Positions 12,964-25,400 of a DNA stretch of 64,000 nucleotides are shown here, piece by piece (position 1 is the stretch's first letter; each line of letters begins with the position of its first letter). Origin of the DNA: Saccostrea cucullata (Eukaryota); NCBI RefSeq assembly GCF_032062105.1, contig NW_026930103.1, positions 62,001 to 126,000 on the forward strand. Reading direction: 5' to 3'. The notes below the pieces were generated by a model. It was not told where the DNA came from and made no database searches. It worked only from the letters and a program-made list of their open reading frames with translations. Made by a program: the position numbers and the translations under genes.

Positions 12964-13039
12964 CTGAAAAATTGTTATCTGTAGATACTTCGTAAATCCG
13001 CAAAAGAATCGTTAAGAGAAACGAAAGTTCCATTTTCAT
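12964..13039 (-). CDS. Receptor copy B signal-peptide exon
   Basis: ATG at 13039, 76 nt, G|GTAATA donor; same length as 40661-40736. Confidence 0.7.
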
Positions 13040-13564
13040 TGTTAAAAAACCTGGATAATGAATGGTTCTATGTAATTAAAATGAGTGCATTTAGTTGTTT
13101 GAAAGTTTTGTTTCAAAGAATAAATTTCCTGGTATGACACAAAAGGAAATGTGGACCTTAGTCAACGGGATGTCAAAGTACTTATTGATCTGAAAATAAA
13201 GTAGGCCTACTATTATATAAGCTCGCGCCCTTCTTAAAATTAAAAGAACTTTTTCTTCCTAATTTTCAGGAACTACTATTATATGTACAGAAAAAAAGAA
13301 TTGCCGGTTTGTGTGATTAGTCCTTTAAAGATTGACACTACTTCTGGAGTGTTTTATACAGTGATAATCCCCAATAAGGAAGCTGAAATGCCTTTTATTT
13401 CATACTTTTGTCGAGTCGAGGCACAGCGAAAAAATTTGCGGATACAACCACTAACTTCTACTTCTATTCAATCTGAATTTGTTGACATTTTCAGTTCACT
13501 GTTGCATGGGTCAGACAACACATTAAAATTAATAATACACTATAATGATTAAATAAAATACATG

Positions 13565-14060
13565 AACAAAAAATCTGTTTGTGAAACACTGATGCCCCTG
13601 TATGGCATCTACTAGCGATGGTTGAAGATTTTTTCAAATGCCAGTCAATGTCCAAGGTCAAGGTCTAGAGATCAAAAGAAGACCTTGTCACAAGGAATGT
13701 ACCCTAGACATATGAAAGCCCTAGTACTAACAATTCAATAGTTTGGCCAAAATTGAATAAAGTTTTTCAATAGTGGGTCAAACTTCAAGGTCAAGGTTGA
13801 AAGGCAAACCATTATCATACCCGTTGAAATGTCTTGGGACAATAGATACCCATATGAAGTATGAAAGTCCAGCAACACCTGTTCAAAAGTTATGGTCAAG
13901 GTTAACGTTTGGTATTTTTGTTTTTGTAAAAGTAGGTTAAACTCTCCAAGGTCATTTTGACGAGGTCAAATTTGGTGGTACCCGGAGATAGGTCTTGTCA
14001 AAAGGATTACACCTGTGAAATATTAAAGCCATATAGTCCCATCCACTTTAAACACCCAAT
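13565..14060. mobile_element. Helentron/HINE-like element with CAAGGTCAAGGTC ~120-bp subrepeats; co-duplicated at ~41295-41848
   Basis: Internal subrepeats; near-identical paralogous copy upstream of copy A. Confidence 0.6.
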
Positions 14061-15934
14061 TTTAAAGTTTCAAGATCAATAATTTACCGCCTGTCAGTCA
14101 TTAAAAAAAGATAGCTTCTGATTTGATTGACAGGTCATCTACCTGAGCTTCCTGATAATCTGAGTTTGCACGTTTCGAAAACAATTACCTGGTCACGCAT
14201 CAAATTTCATTTTTAGTATACACACTGAAAAATATGTTTGAATTTTATTTCAAAAAATAATTGAAAGTAGATTATTAAAACATTTACATAATACAATATT
14301 TCTTTTCTATCTTCACTGCTGTGTGTTACTTGTAAGTGTTATAACGTCCACGTCAAGAAAAAAGACCGTCCACAGAAAGTGTCCATTTTCATTGTTAAAA
14401 AACCTGGATAATGAATGAAAAATCTACTGTAATTAAATTATGGCCTTGCATTTTCTAGTGTGCATTGTAGAAAAAAGTTGACCCCTTGTCATTTTTTGAT
14501 GCAAAAACATTCGTTTTTGTAGGAATATGCTTGTTAGGCGAATGTGTACGGGTAATATCAAGCTAACTTATGCTTTGAAGTGTTATTTCTGAAAGCTTTT
14601 AAGTTTAGCTAACGAAATCAAAGCTGTACAATACCTTACATTAATAATACAAACTGTTTTATCCCCAATAAAGGAAAACAATATAAGCAAAGACACATGC
14701 ATCGTAGAAACGTTTATTACATTATACAGTAAGTTTTCACAGTTTTCGTTTTAATCTTCATAAAAGGTTATTTTTTACATGTAGCTGGTGTCAAAAAAGT
14801 TTCCATAATTAATTAGTTAAAAATCTCTTTGATTTTACCTTAGATAAATAATTTGCAAAAATCAAAATAAAGTTTTATTTTTCATAAGTTTAACGTTTTT
14901 TTATCCCTACCTTTTAAAACTGGCGCGAAAAGGGGTGCTAGCTTAGAAAAATATATAGATCTTATAAAAATATTTGGTTTTCTATGAATGAAATTTCAAA
15001 CTTCCTTTAGGGAAGATTTGTAAAAACACGAAATTAGATTGCCTCTGACATATGATACAAGGGAAACAAAATGTGGGTAGCTCAAAACCTGTAAAATGTC
15101 TTTTGTCGTTTGCTAGTATCAACAAAACCTTAAAAAATGGGCGTTGTAGCAAAAAACATGATTAACTACAAAAAAAGATAGTGTCTTTCCAAAAATTGGC
15201 ACATGTATTATCGTTTCCCCCGTTCCACATGTACTTACATATAATGATTTTAGGAGTTTTTTACAAATAGAAAAAAACAAAACAAATGTTGGATGATGAA
15301 AAAGTTGTCACTTTAATGTTATACTTATGCCCCCGTAAACGAAGTTTCGGGGGTAAATAGTTTTTTACCTCTCCTTCTGTCTGTTTGTATATTTGTCCGC
15401 ATAAATCTTGCCCATATCTTTAGACTGGTTGGACTATGGTTGTCATATTTCACGGTTGTATTTTTATGACAAGACTTTATTTTTGTGTACAACCAACTTT
15501 GACCCTATGACATTGATCTTGGAGTTTGAGACACTTTTACCCCAAAATTCCACACTTTAACTTTAGCATTAACTTTTGGACGGTATGTGCTAGGACTTTA
15601 TATCGAGGTAACGGCGTGATAGACTAAAAGAGTTCATTAATTTGGAAAGGTAATGTCTATAAAATCTCAGAAGAAAGGGGATGTAACAACCATTGGTCAG
15701 GTGTCTGTGGGATAGGAAGTGTTGAAAAGGGAAGTATTTTTTTTTTAATTTATAGATATCTTTGAAGGTTGAACTCTTATTCACTCAGATGTAAATTTTT
15801 GCCAGTTTTGGAGGAATTTTTAATATCATTATAAGAACGTTCTCAGTGTGTATGGTATTTCCTGTATATACATGAAAAAAATTAGAACATTATATGAGGT
15901 AGTTAAAAAGTATGTATTTTAAGGCAGAATGCAT

Positions 15935-17160
15935 AACCCCGCTCCTTCAACTGGTGTTGGAATATCATAAATATTATGGATTCTTTTGAAAATTACGCCA
16001 GACAATGGGCCAGATATAAAAAAGAAGACGTTGACACTTTGTCAGAATGGATAAAATGTATCAGATCCGTGTTTAAATCGCGTATTAAAAGATTAAGGGG
16101 CAATATGAAAAGCATCTGTCCTTCTCTGTTCAATAATCCAGAAGTGAAAAAAAGAATAAGATAGATTACATAATCAGTACGTACTGGTCCCTACCGACAA
16201 AGCAGGTAACAATACAGTCTTCGTTTGTAAGGCTCATTATACAAATTGTATTTTAGAAGAACTTCGATTTAATTCTACAAGTGGTAATCCTACTTATACT
16301 CATACTCCCCTTTCTGAGGAAGAAATTCTTCAAAGTCATATGTCAGTTTTGAATATTTTTGATATTCCACACAGCCATAATGAATTTGAACTACCCTATA
16401 TATATTGGATTCCGAAACTTCATAAGAATCCTTACAAACAAAGATACATTGCGGGTTCCAGTAAATGTTCAACCATGCCTCTTTCGTTACATCTCACTAA
16501 GATATTGACAGAAATGAAGGAAAAACTTCAAGAGTACTGTGCAACAATATATTCAAGAAGTGGTGTGAATCAGATGTGGATACTCAAAAATTCCAAAGAA
16601 ATTTTGGACAATTTGAAGTCACAAGATTTTACCAAAATCAACAGCTTAAAAACTTACGATTTTCAACTTTATCCACAACCATTCCCCACGATAAATTAAA
16701 GTGCAGACTTTTTGATATCATTGACAGCTGCTTTTTCAGTAAAAATAGAACTCGTAAATTCTCTTACCTGATAATTTGTCATTTGCAAAATTATTTTATT
16801 AAAACACATTCTGATTACACACACAAGTACTCTGAAGTTGGCATCAAAAAGATGATTGAGTTTCTGATTAAAAAATCTATGTGGTTTTAGAGACCAGGTC
16901 TTCAAACAATCGATTGTAATTTCCATGTGTACCAATTGCGCTTCGTTATTGGCAGACCTATTTTTGTATTCATATGAACAGAATTTGTGCATGATACGTT
17001 ATTTCCCGATCATGACAAGGATCACACTGCGGGTGTCACTCCTCCATGGCACCTGATCCCACCTCTGATGTTTTGGAGGTCCGTGTTTGCTCTGCTCCTA
17101 TTTTGTATTGTTTCATGGACTTTGATATTGAATACTGTTCGTTATCCATATCCTTCTTCC
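15935..17160 (+). mobile_element. Penelope-like (Naiad-type) retroelement relic with frameshifted RT
   Basis: VPTDKAGNN, YWIPKLHK, RYIAGSSKCST, TYDFSTL.TTIPH and SMCTNCASLLADLFLYSYE motifs across three frames; truncated before the YxDD motif and joined to a 3' terminal segment. Confidence 0.85.
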
Positions 17161-19055
17161 ATACAGATGTATATGTAAGTTTAAATGTAAGAGCTAAGGG
17201 AATTGAATTTATATAGTTAAATAACGTTGCTTTTCTTGCTTCTATGCTATGTTTTTGGATTTGTAAAAAAAAGTTTATAGTTATCAGAAACATATCATGC
17301 CATTTTCGGAACAAAACCTTTGAATGATTAAAAAAAAACAACACATTCTGCAAGCCAAAAAAATCCATGCCAGATACATTGATAGTGATGCAACTTTTAA
17401 GATATGCAATCAAATATATGTTGGAAAGAATTAAAGTACATACCCCCCCCCCTACTTGCATTTTAAAGTATGAAAAAATATCAGGATACACATATATAAA
17501 GTTTTATTGTATTAAAAAAGTAGGGGGTTAAAATTCTCTGGGGGTCATTTTTCAACGTGTGTGGAGTCGTAGAATTACTGGTCTGGAATGTTTTTCTACA
17601 GTCGAAAAAAGACCCTACTTGTCGTAGAATATTGACCCGGGGTCATTTTTTTTACGTAGAAAAATGACCCCCAGGTCAATATTCTACGTGGGTCACTTTT
17701 CGGCGTTACACCGGCTCTATTTGCCGTAATTGGAAGTCCGACGATTAAAATTGTTTTTCAAGAAATGGGATATAAGAAAAATATTCCGCACTAATAAATC
17801 ATAAGCTTTAAAAGATGATTTATTTCGTACTATGGCTACAATCCGAACGATGTTGTACAGAAATTGATGTCAGAATTAATGCTTGAATTTCCTCTAGCGT
17901 CTGTGTATATACGTAATAAAAATGTGAAGATAATTAATAGTGAATAAAATTATTCTTAAGAAGTTGAGACTATAGAATAATTATCGTAAGATTTCAATGT
18001 AAGCGTAAAAACACAGTTTACTTCTCTTTGTAATTAAGAATTCCATAATTATTAAAAGAAAGTTGGAAATAGAAAATGTTCATGATTAATAAACAAGAGC
18101 AAGGTTTACTCTTTGCATAAAATGGCCCTGTCCTTACATCAATTAATTGGCTATCACTCTCTGTCCAATTTCATATATCAAAGTAAAAAAAAAGAATCTT
18201 CGAATCTTAGTGCTCTCATGTTCTTTAACAACATTTCTTTTTTAGACTGTAGGTACTTTAAAACAAGTCTTGTGTAAATGAAATGATCTTGAATTTTGCA
18301 GAAAACATTGGAATATCTGCAGCCAAGAAATAAAATATGAGCGCAGACATAGATCCAAAAATTGAAACATGTATATGATCTTCAGAAACAGGACTTTTGT
18401 TATGAAATTGCATATTTTGGAGCAGAGGTTTTGCTCTATATGACAGTTTTAATAATCTTGTACGGAATATACAGGATATGGTGAAAATGGCGCATTTCAT
18501 GCCTAATATGCATTGACAAGAGAGAATATTGCGACATTTTTAATAAAGTCAGGGTCACCAAGGGTCCAAGAGATGAATACTGCATTGTCAACCGAAACAT
18601 TTTAATTCATTGCATGATCGAAATTAAGATGAAGAGATGCTGATATAAAACAGATTTTGAACATTTCACAGAGAAAGATTACGACAGTGGGTAAGAAAAG
18701 TTGGTAAACGACAGAAAATTACTTCTACATGTAAATGATAAATCTAACAATTTCATATGCATACTAATTTAATAATTTTTTAATCAAACTGAACTGTTGG
18801 AATAATATGGAAATATTTAGGCAAGGAAAATACTCCAGAAATTTCATATTTTTATTGCAAGTATTCTCCTTCTTGATTGGTTATTACAAATATATGTACT
18901 TAATTTAATACCTATTGAATAATCAAACTTATATAAATATTTTTTACACCGGTATTATATTTTGGCAATATGTTTGCCTAAAGAAAATGAGCATGCCTCG
19001 AAACATTCTGAAAAAAAATTATAAATTATTTACAATATAATATATTAATCATGCA

Positions 19056-19498
19056 TTATTGATTTGAGTCGTTATCTGTCATTGAGTATTCATTCTCGTT
19101 CAGCGTGTTCGAAGTGACGTCATAAATACCGGTGACAAGATTATTTGTCCTGTCATAAATATCACAATTCGATGATGTTTTTTCGGAATTTTTCTTTCGC
19201 TGTCCTCTTAAAACATCATATTCACCCAAATCTGTATCAGCATATTCACTGTCTGAAATGGTAACATCTTTCACAGAATGCTCCTGTCCCGTTCGATTGT
19301 CCCTGTTGATAAGGGGTTGTGAGTACTCACTGTCGTTAGTATCAGCTACAGAATAAGCTGATTCGTCTTCAGCAGTGATGTGATCCTTGTTTTCTGTTTT
19401 TTTCACCTGGTTTTGAAACCGGTTCAGAGTAAAGATCTGAGGTAACGATTTCCTCTGTTGTGGAACTTTTCTCTTGATTTCCTTTTCTTTTAATTACT
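19056..19498 (-). CDS. Receptor copy A last exon, acidic cytoplasmic tail with multiple Tyr motifs
   Basis: DLYSEP, then (after a +1 shift) AYSVAD, EYSQPL, EYADTD, EYDVLR, IYDRTN, IYDVTS, EYSMTD, stop at 19056. Confidence 0.75.
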
Positions 19499-22400
19499 CT
19501 ATACAATGATTCATTTTGAAAGTAGAGACTTTCGTATTTAAATGTTAGTTTGTATAAATCATTGGACCAATATCTTTTGCCATGTATATTTTTATGATTT
19601 TCACATGATTCACTTTATAATTACCTTGTGATGAAACAAGCAAATATCATAACGATCAGTAGAAGTCCTACAACGGAGGATGTAATGATTACTGGCAATC
19701 GTAAATCGTCAGCTGAAAAAAAGAGATTTCATTGATGAGATAATTTCCCCAATCATAACGATTAAAAACGTCGTGTATTTAAAGTTCATTTTCTATCAAA
19801 TCGCACCACATTTTATGGCCAGTCGTGTCAATCTTGTTGACCGTAGAAAGTGTTTTGACTTGTCAAAAAACTACTGAGCATTTCAACATAATCAACACGA
19901 TAATTTTTTAATCGTAAATGTAATTAACAATCTCATCACTGTGACACATTGTACTGTAACAAATCGAGACACCCTGTATCTAATCAGTAATCAGTAAAAA
20001 TTTAAAGGTTTGTCAGCTTTGTCATAGTACAGTGTAACATTAATCTTAGTTTTCATACTAACCAGGATTTAATAAAGACTTATTTAAGAAATAATTAGCT
20101 TGCTTTGTTAATGCGCGAATTAAGGTTGCCATTATGCAGACAATTACATAACCTGCGTAAGCGAGTTATTATTTTTTCTTAAGTCATTGCAACCATTAAT
20201 CTCCGCAACCGCAAGAATAATAAGACATTTTAATATACATATTTTAATAAATTATTCGTGTAGAGTGGATTGAAAAAAAAAGTAAAATTGTGTACCCAGT
20301 CGGTCAGTCAACTGAATCATGACTGAAAGTTTACTGAAATGAGACTGGCGGGGCTTGTCATTCAATAAACTTTCCATACCTTGCATTGATTATTCAACTT
20401 ACCGAATAATAAAGGTCTCTCTCCTGCGAGGGTTCCATACAGTATAATGGAATTATACTTTTTTCTCATGAAATATTTTAGACATGCAGATAATTTTAAC
20501 AGCCAGATCGAGTATTTATACTGTTTTTCATGAAATAATAAAAGTTATTTATGTCAATCTGGATTATGAAAGATATCATAACCACAAATCAAATCCTATC
20601 GATAAATAATGCATCGCTTAATGATTGCTGGCAATTAAGAGTACGAAATACTATTAGTCAGTGTTGACAAAACTAGTTCTGAAATAAATATTTCTTTCAA
20701 GATTAGAAATGACAATCCTCATGCATGAAAATGCAAAATGCAATGAAAGCTTTACAACTATCTTGTTCTGGTTGCGTCTCTCTTGTGAATTCCGGCGATT
20801 CTGTTGTCGTATCCCTCGCGTGCGATACGTTTGAATCAAATGTCCCCATACATGTACTACTTTCTCCGAAATTAGATTTTTCTGTAAATAAAGAGGAAGT
20901 AATCATCATCAGTGTTAAGTTGTTAACCCTATGAACAAGTGATCATATGGCTTGAAAATTACTTATATGACTCTATTTATAAATCTAAAATAAATTTTGA
21001 GAATTAATAAAATGATGTTCTCTTCAAATTCAAAGAAAGACTTGAAGATCTGAACGACAAGAAATGAAAGATTCAAAGGGCATATTTACTATGCATTACT
21101 ATACATGTATTACATGCCCACAGTGTGATCAGTCGACAGAGGATGCTCAACCCTTCTGTGTTACTGATCCCATCCCTGGGGTTTCAATGTTTACGGGTTA
21201 TTCACTGTTCAAAATTATGTACATGTATTTGTTTACTGGCTTATAAGATAAATCAATATTCATACACTGGAAGTCAGCCTTTGCGAAAAAAATTGCATGA
21301 AGGTAACGAAGCCTAAAAGAATCATATAATTAGCGAGAACATTCTTGGTACTTCTATTATAGTACATATATGTATACTACTGTTTAAGGAAAACAAGCAA
21401 AGAGAAAAGGTAACCTTTTCCAACACTTTTTTTCATAAAGATAGTTTACCTAATTTTATGCCACACAGATACTGCCGGGTCTCTCCAGTAGAATCGTTGA
21501 TAGTTATAGTTCCATTTTCATTTCTTGCTAACTTGATGAAAGGTTGAAATGAAACAGATGAACTTTTAAAAACAGATAGACAGACTACAGTTTTATTTTG
21601 GACTTGCGTTGGATCAGAGATTTGGAAGTTTTCATTAGGAAGAGAACTATTTAGACTGCGGCAAATTTCCCGAGCATCTTCCCAAGCTTTGAAACCCTCA
21701 AAACTAAGATTGACCCCGTCTGAAAAAATAATACAAAGGTAAAGTGGTTAGTAAACAAATTTCGAAAAACAAATTCAATTAAGTTTATCGTTATAATATT
21801 AGTGATACAGTAGTCCATTTTTGGCTACTGATAAGGTTTAATCTGTGTTTTGTTGTAACAAAAAAGAAAGGTATTGAAACAGATGATGTATGCTCCATAA
21901 TTGCAGGGGTGCCGCATATTTGTAAAATATTTTAAGCACACAGATAATTTTCTTTTCAAATGCCTATGCATGCTATATTTATCGAGTCGGTACGAATTCA
22001 ACTATGACAAACCTTAACTTTTAAATAAAACTTATCTTTCTTTTACATCTTGCATTTACTAGTGTAAGATAAGCTGTGAAGAAAAATTAAGGTAAATAAT
22101 CCTAATATTCATTAAATTTTACACAAAGATGACCAGAAGATCTGTCATTTGAATGTTTTACATTTCTTGTGATATTTTGAAAAAATACCTACCGTCCTCA
22201 ATACAGTATGTATCGCAGTGTTCATCACAACGATGTTCAAAGATTTGAGAAGATTCAAAGTTTTTGTGAGTAGCCACACATTCTGATTTTGTGTCATCTG
22301 TCAACGGAGTTGTATCTACTAAATTATGTAATAAAGACATGTTTAAAAATTTTCAGTGATAATTCAAAAGATTGTTATATATAATAAAAATGAGTTATTG

Positions 22401-25400
22401 CCATTCCATGGCTCCAAAAGGCACTCAATAATGATTACATTATGTACAGAGATTTGTACATAAAGAAGAGACAACGACAAAATACCAAGGGTTATCGTTA
22501 TCTGTTACATTGCAATGGATTTTATTTTCAAGATATGTACTCATATAGTATGACTCAAAATCGCAAAGGTAATAGGGGGTTAGTGTGCACCTAACTGAGC
22601 TACTGTACAATTAAGTTGACCTTTTTGTACTTAACTTTAAACTCTTTGGTTAATCTTATTTTACGTATAGTAGTTTGAATAATATTTACCATTGAACAAA
22701 TCTTGCAAATTAATTAATGCGCGTAATTTATTGTGTGACCTTTTTGCACTAAAAAGTAAAAAGTAACATGTTTGGGGTATTAAAAATCTAAATAGGCTAT
22801 AAAATATTTATTGTATCGAGTATCAGTCACAAGTTTTAAGTATTGAGTAGTTTAAAATAATGAAAGAAATAAGTTTGGGTCAATGATGTTGAAATATTGG
22901 TGAAACATTTGATTTTCAGGCGAAAAACGATGTAAATTTTATCGGGACTTTTTTAACATATCTTAATTTCTCGACAAAGTTTGTTGAGGGAAGGTGTAAA
23001 ATTTATTCTAAATATTTTTAAAAATTAAGATCTATATTAAATATTCCCAGCATATCATGACGAAAAATATTCTTTGAGTAAAAGTATGTGAGAATAAAGT
23101 TCCAAGATATTAAATTTTATAAATGTGCAGATTTGCAGAATTTTCTGCTAAATATCCTTCCACCACAAGAAATAGTCCCTCGTAAATCTTGCTCATTTGT
23201 GGATTTTTTTTAGCAGTTTTAATAGGGCCTGGGTATTGGCCAGAGATTTCGTATTGGGATATGTTGCAATATTTTTAACTGTATTGCAATATTTCAATGA
23301 AAATTACAATGGCATTTTTTCCAGTATATTTTGTTTTTATTATATTAACTTCAATTTACATGCAGAATGTACATACTCTTAACTATGAAAAGTAACCAAA
23401 AGGAATAAAAAAATCTTGTTGATTTTATTAAAGTTATGCTTTGAAATATGTTTCATATTCATCCATAAAAAAGCTTCTTTCTTACTGTTTGGTTTAATAA
23501 CAAGCCTTTCTTAAAATTTATTTCTATATTAAATCGTAAAATTCCTTAGTCTTTGCATTTTGCCAATATATCGATATTACAAAAACGTATTGCAATGGGA
23601 TATTTTTTTGTCATTGTTTTACAATTTATCGAAATATGGGTATTTTTTGCCCAGCCCTATTTTTTAATTAGATTTGAACAATTTACATTGTTGAATTTAA
23701 ATATGTTATAAAAATTGAATTATAATAAATAGTTTTTAAGGAGGATCTGCGTGTACCTTTCTAAAAAGCTGACGAGAGACATACCTTAAATACTGTAGAT
23801 CACTAAATTTTCGCGACACCTTATTTTCGCGATATAGGCCTAGTCATTGACTCCTTATTAGCGAGACATAATTTTCATGAATTGTTGTTTTTCCTCTACA
23901 TAAAGATGAGGAATAATTTCAAACGGGAGAATGAAAATTTCGCGAGCTCATTGTCTCGCGTAATTACGCCAAAATTAAGTTCTCGCGAATAAAAAGTGAT
24001 TTACAGTACATTGTATTCTTTTATCTTTTACTCATATAAAATTGACAACTGTACTTAAAAACGCACCATCGCGTACCTAATATAATTGCCCCAAAAATAT
24101 ATACTGATATGCAAAGAAACGCAACACCCCAATTTTAGGGGGGAAATTATACACGAGTTATAACTTTGTACCAAAAAAATTAGGGCATCTTGAACCTTGT
24201 TAAATCAGTTATTTAACGGTTGAATGATTTTCATTCCATTACCGGAAGTTCATTTTTAGCTCTCTTAACAGAAACCAAAAATTTGCATTTTAATAAAATA
24301 TTTGACAATATTTTAGGTTTTCAAGGTTTTGTAGCTGTTAATCATAAATATTGTACTTAAATTCCGAAAAAAAATCTTTTTTTTTCTTTTCTGTATGTAA
24401 TGCCTATATTTCCTCAAAATGGCTGAAAGCACGGATTTTCATTACTAATGCTTCAAATTCTCAAAATAAAGAAAAAGGAGAGATGCAGATGCAACTATGC
24501 ACTACATAACGACTTTTCAGGCTCTTGTGTTTCAAAAGCATCCGGAAAAGAAAAAAAATTCGGAATTTAAGTACAATACTTATGATTAACAGCTACAAAA
24601 CCTTGAAAGCCTAAAATATTGTCAAATATTTTATTAGAATACAAATTTTTGATTTCTGTTAAGAGGGCTAAAAATCAACTTCCGGTAATGGAATGAAAAT
24701 CATTCAACCGTTAAATAACTGATTTGACAAAGTTAGAGATGCCCTTAATTTTTTGGTACATAGTTATAACCCGTGTCTAATTTTCTCTAAAACTGGGATG
24801 TTGCTTTTCTTTTGCGTGTCAGTATATATACAAGTTACTAGACTAGTATACTACATCTCCATTATACAAAATGAGAAATAATAATCAGCACAGTTAATGA
24901 TTTAAGTTTAATACGGTAATACGGTTTTATAATAAAGAAAGATACCAACAATTCAGGTAAAGAAAATGAATGCTTTTACAAACAAGAGGCCCATATAGGC
25001 GCACTGGCTTAGAAAAAGCAGAAATCAATTCAGTGTTGTAAAGTTTAGGAGGAGGGAGAAATTTGAATTTATTCTTTATCAGTATAATTAATCGTGTCTT
25101 TTCTGTTCATGAGGAGAAGATATTTTTCCCATTACATGTACTGTAGATTCCTTATTTTCCGCGAGTACTTATTATCGCGAACGGCCTCTTCAACGTCAAA
25201 TCGTGAGAAGAATAATTCGCGAATGGACGGTTCGTCAAGAGATTTTACATTGTTTTTAGCAACATAAAAATAAAAGCGAGTCATTTTATTTCGCGACTAG
25301 TGTTCCTCGCGAAATTACGCTTTAATTAATTCCACGCGTATATTTAGGAATTTACAGTATGTTCCTAGGTAAATGATAACTGTCCATTGTGTCCCAACCC

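Larger units (their letters stand above)
117..13039 (-). pseudogene. Copy B of tandemly duplicated type-I membrane lectin/WSC-like receptor gene; damaged (pseudogene or truncated soluble form)
   Basis: Exons 13039-12964 (MKMELSFLLTILLRIYEVSTDNNFS), ~12320-12185 (decayed), 12103-11951, 11804-11546 (259 nt, +1 in an A9 run), 10876-10646, 4898-4798, 3709-3562 (acceptor CAG changed to TGG), 2665-2543, 2393-2115, 1015-893, 191-117 (frameshifted TM exon). Each is homologous to a copy A exon with matching phase. Confidence 0.75.
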
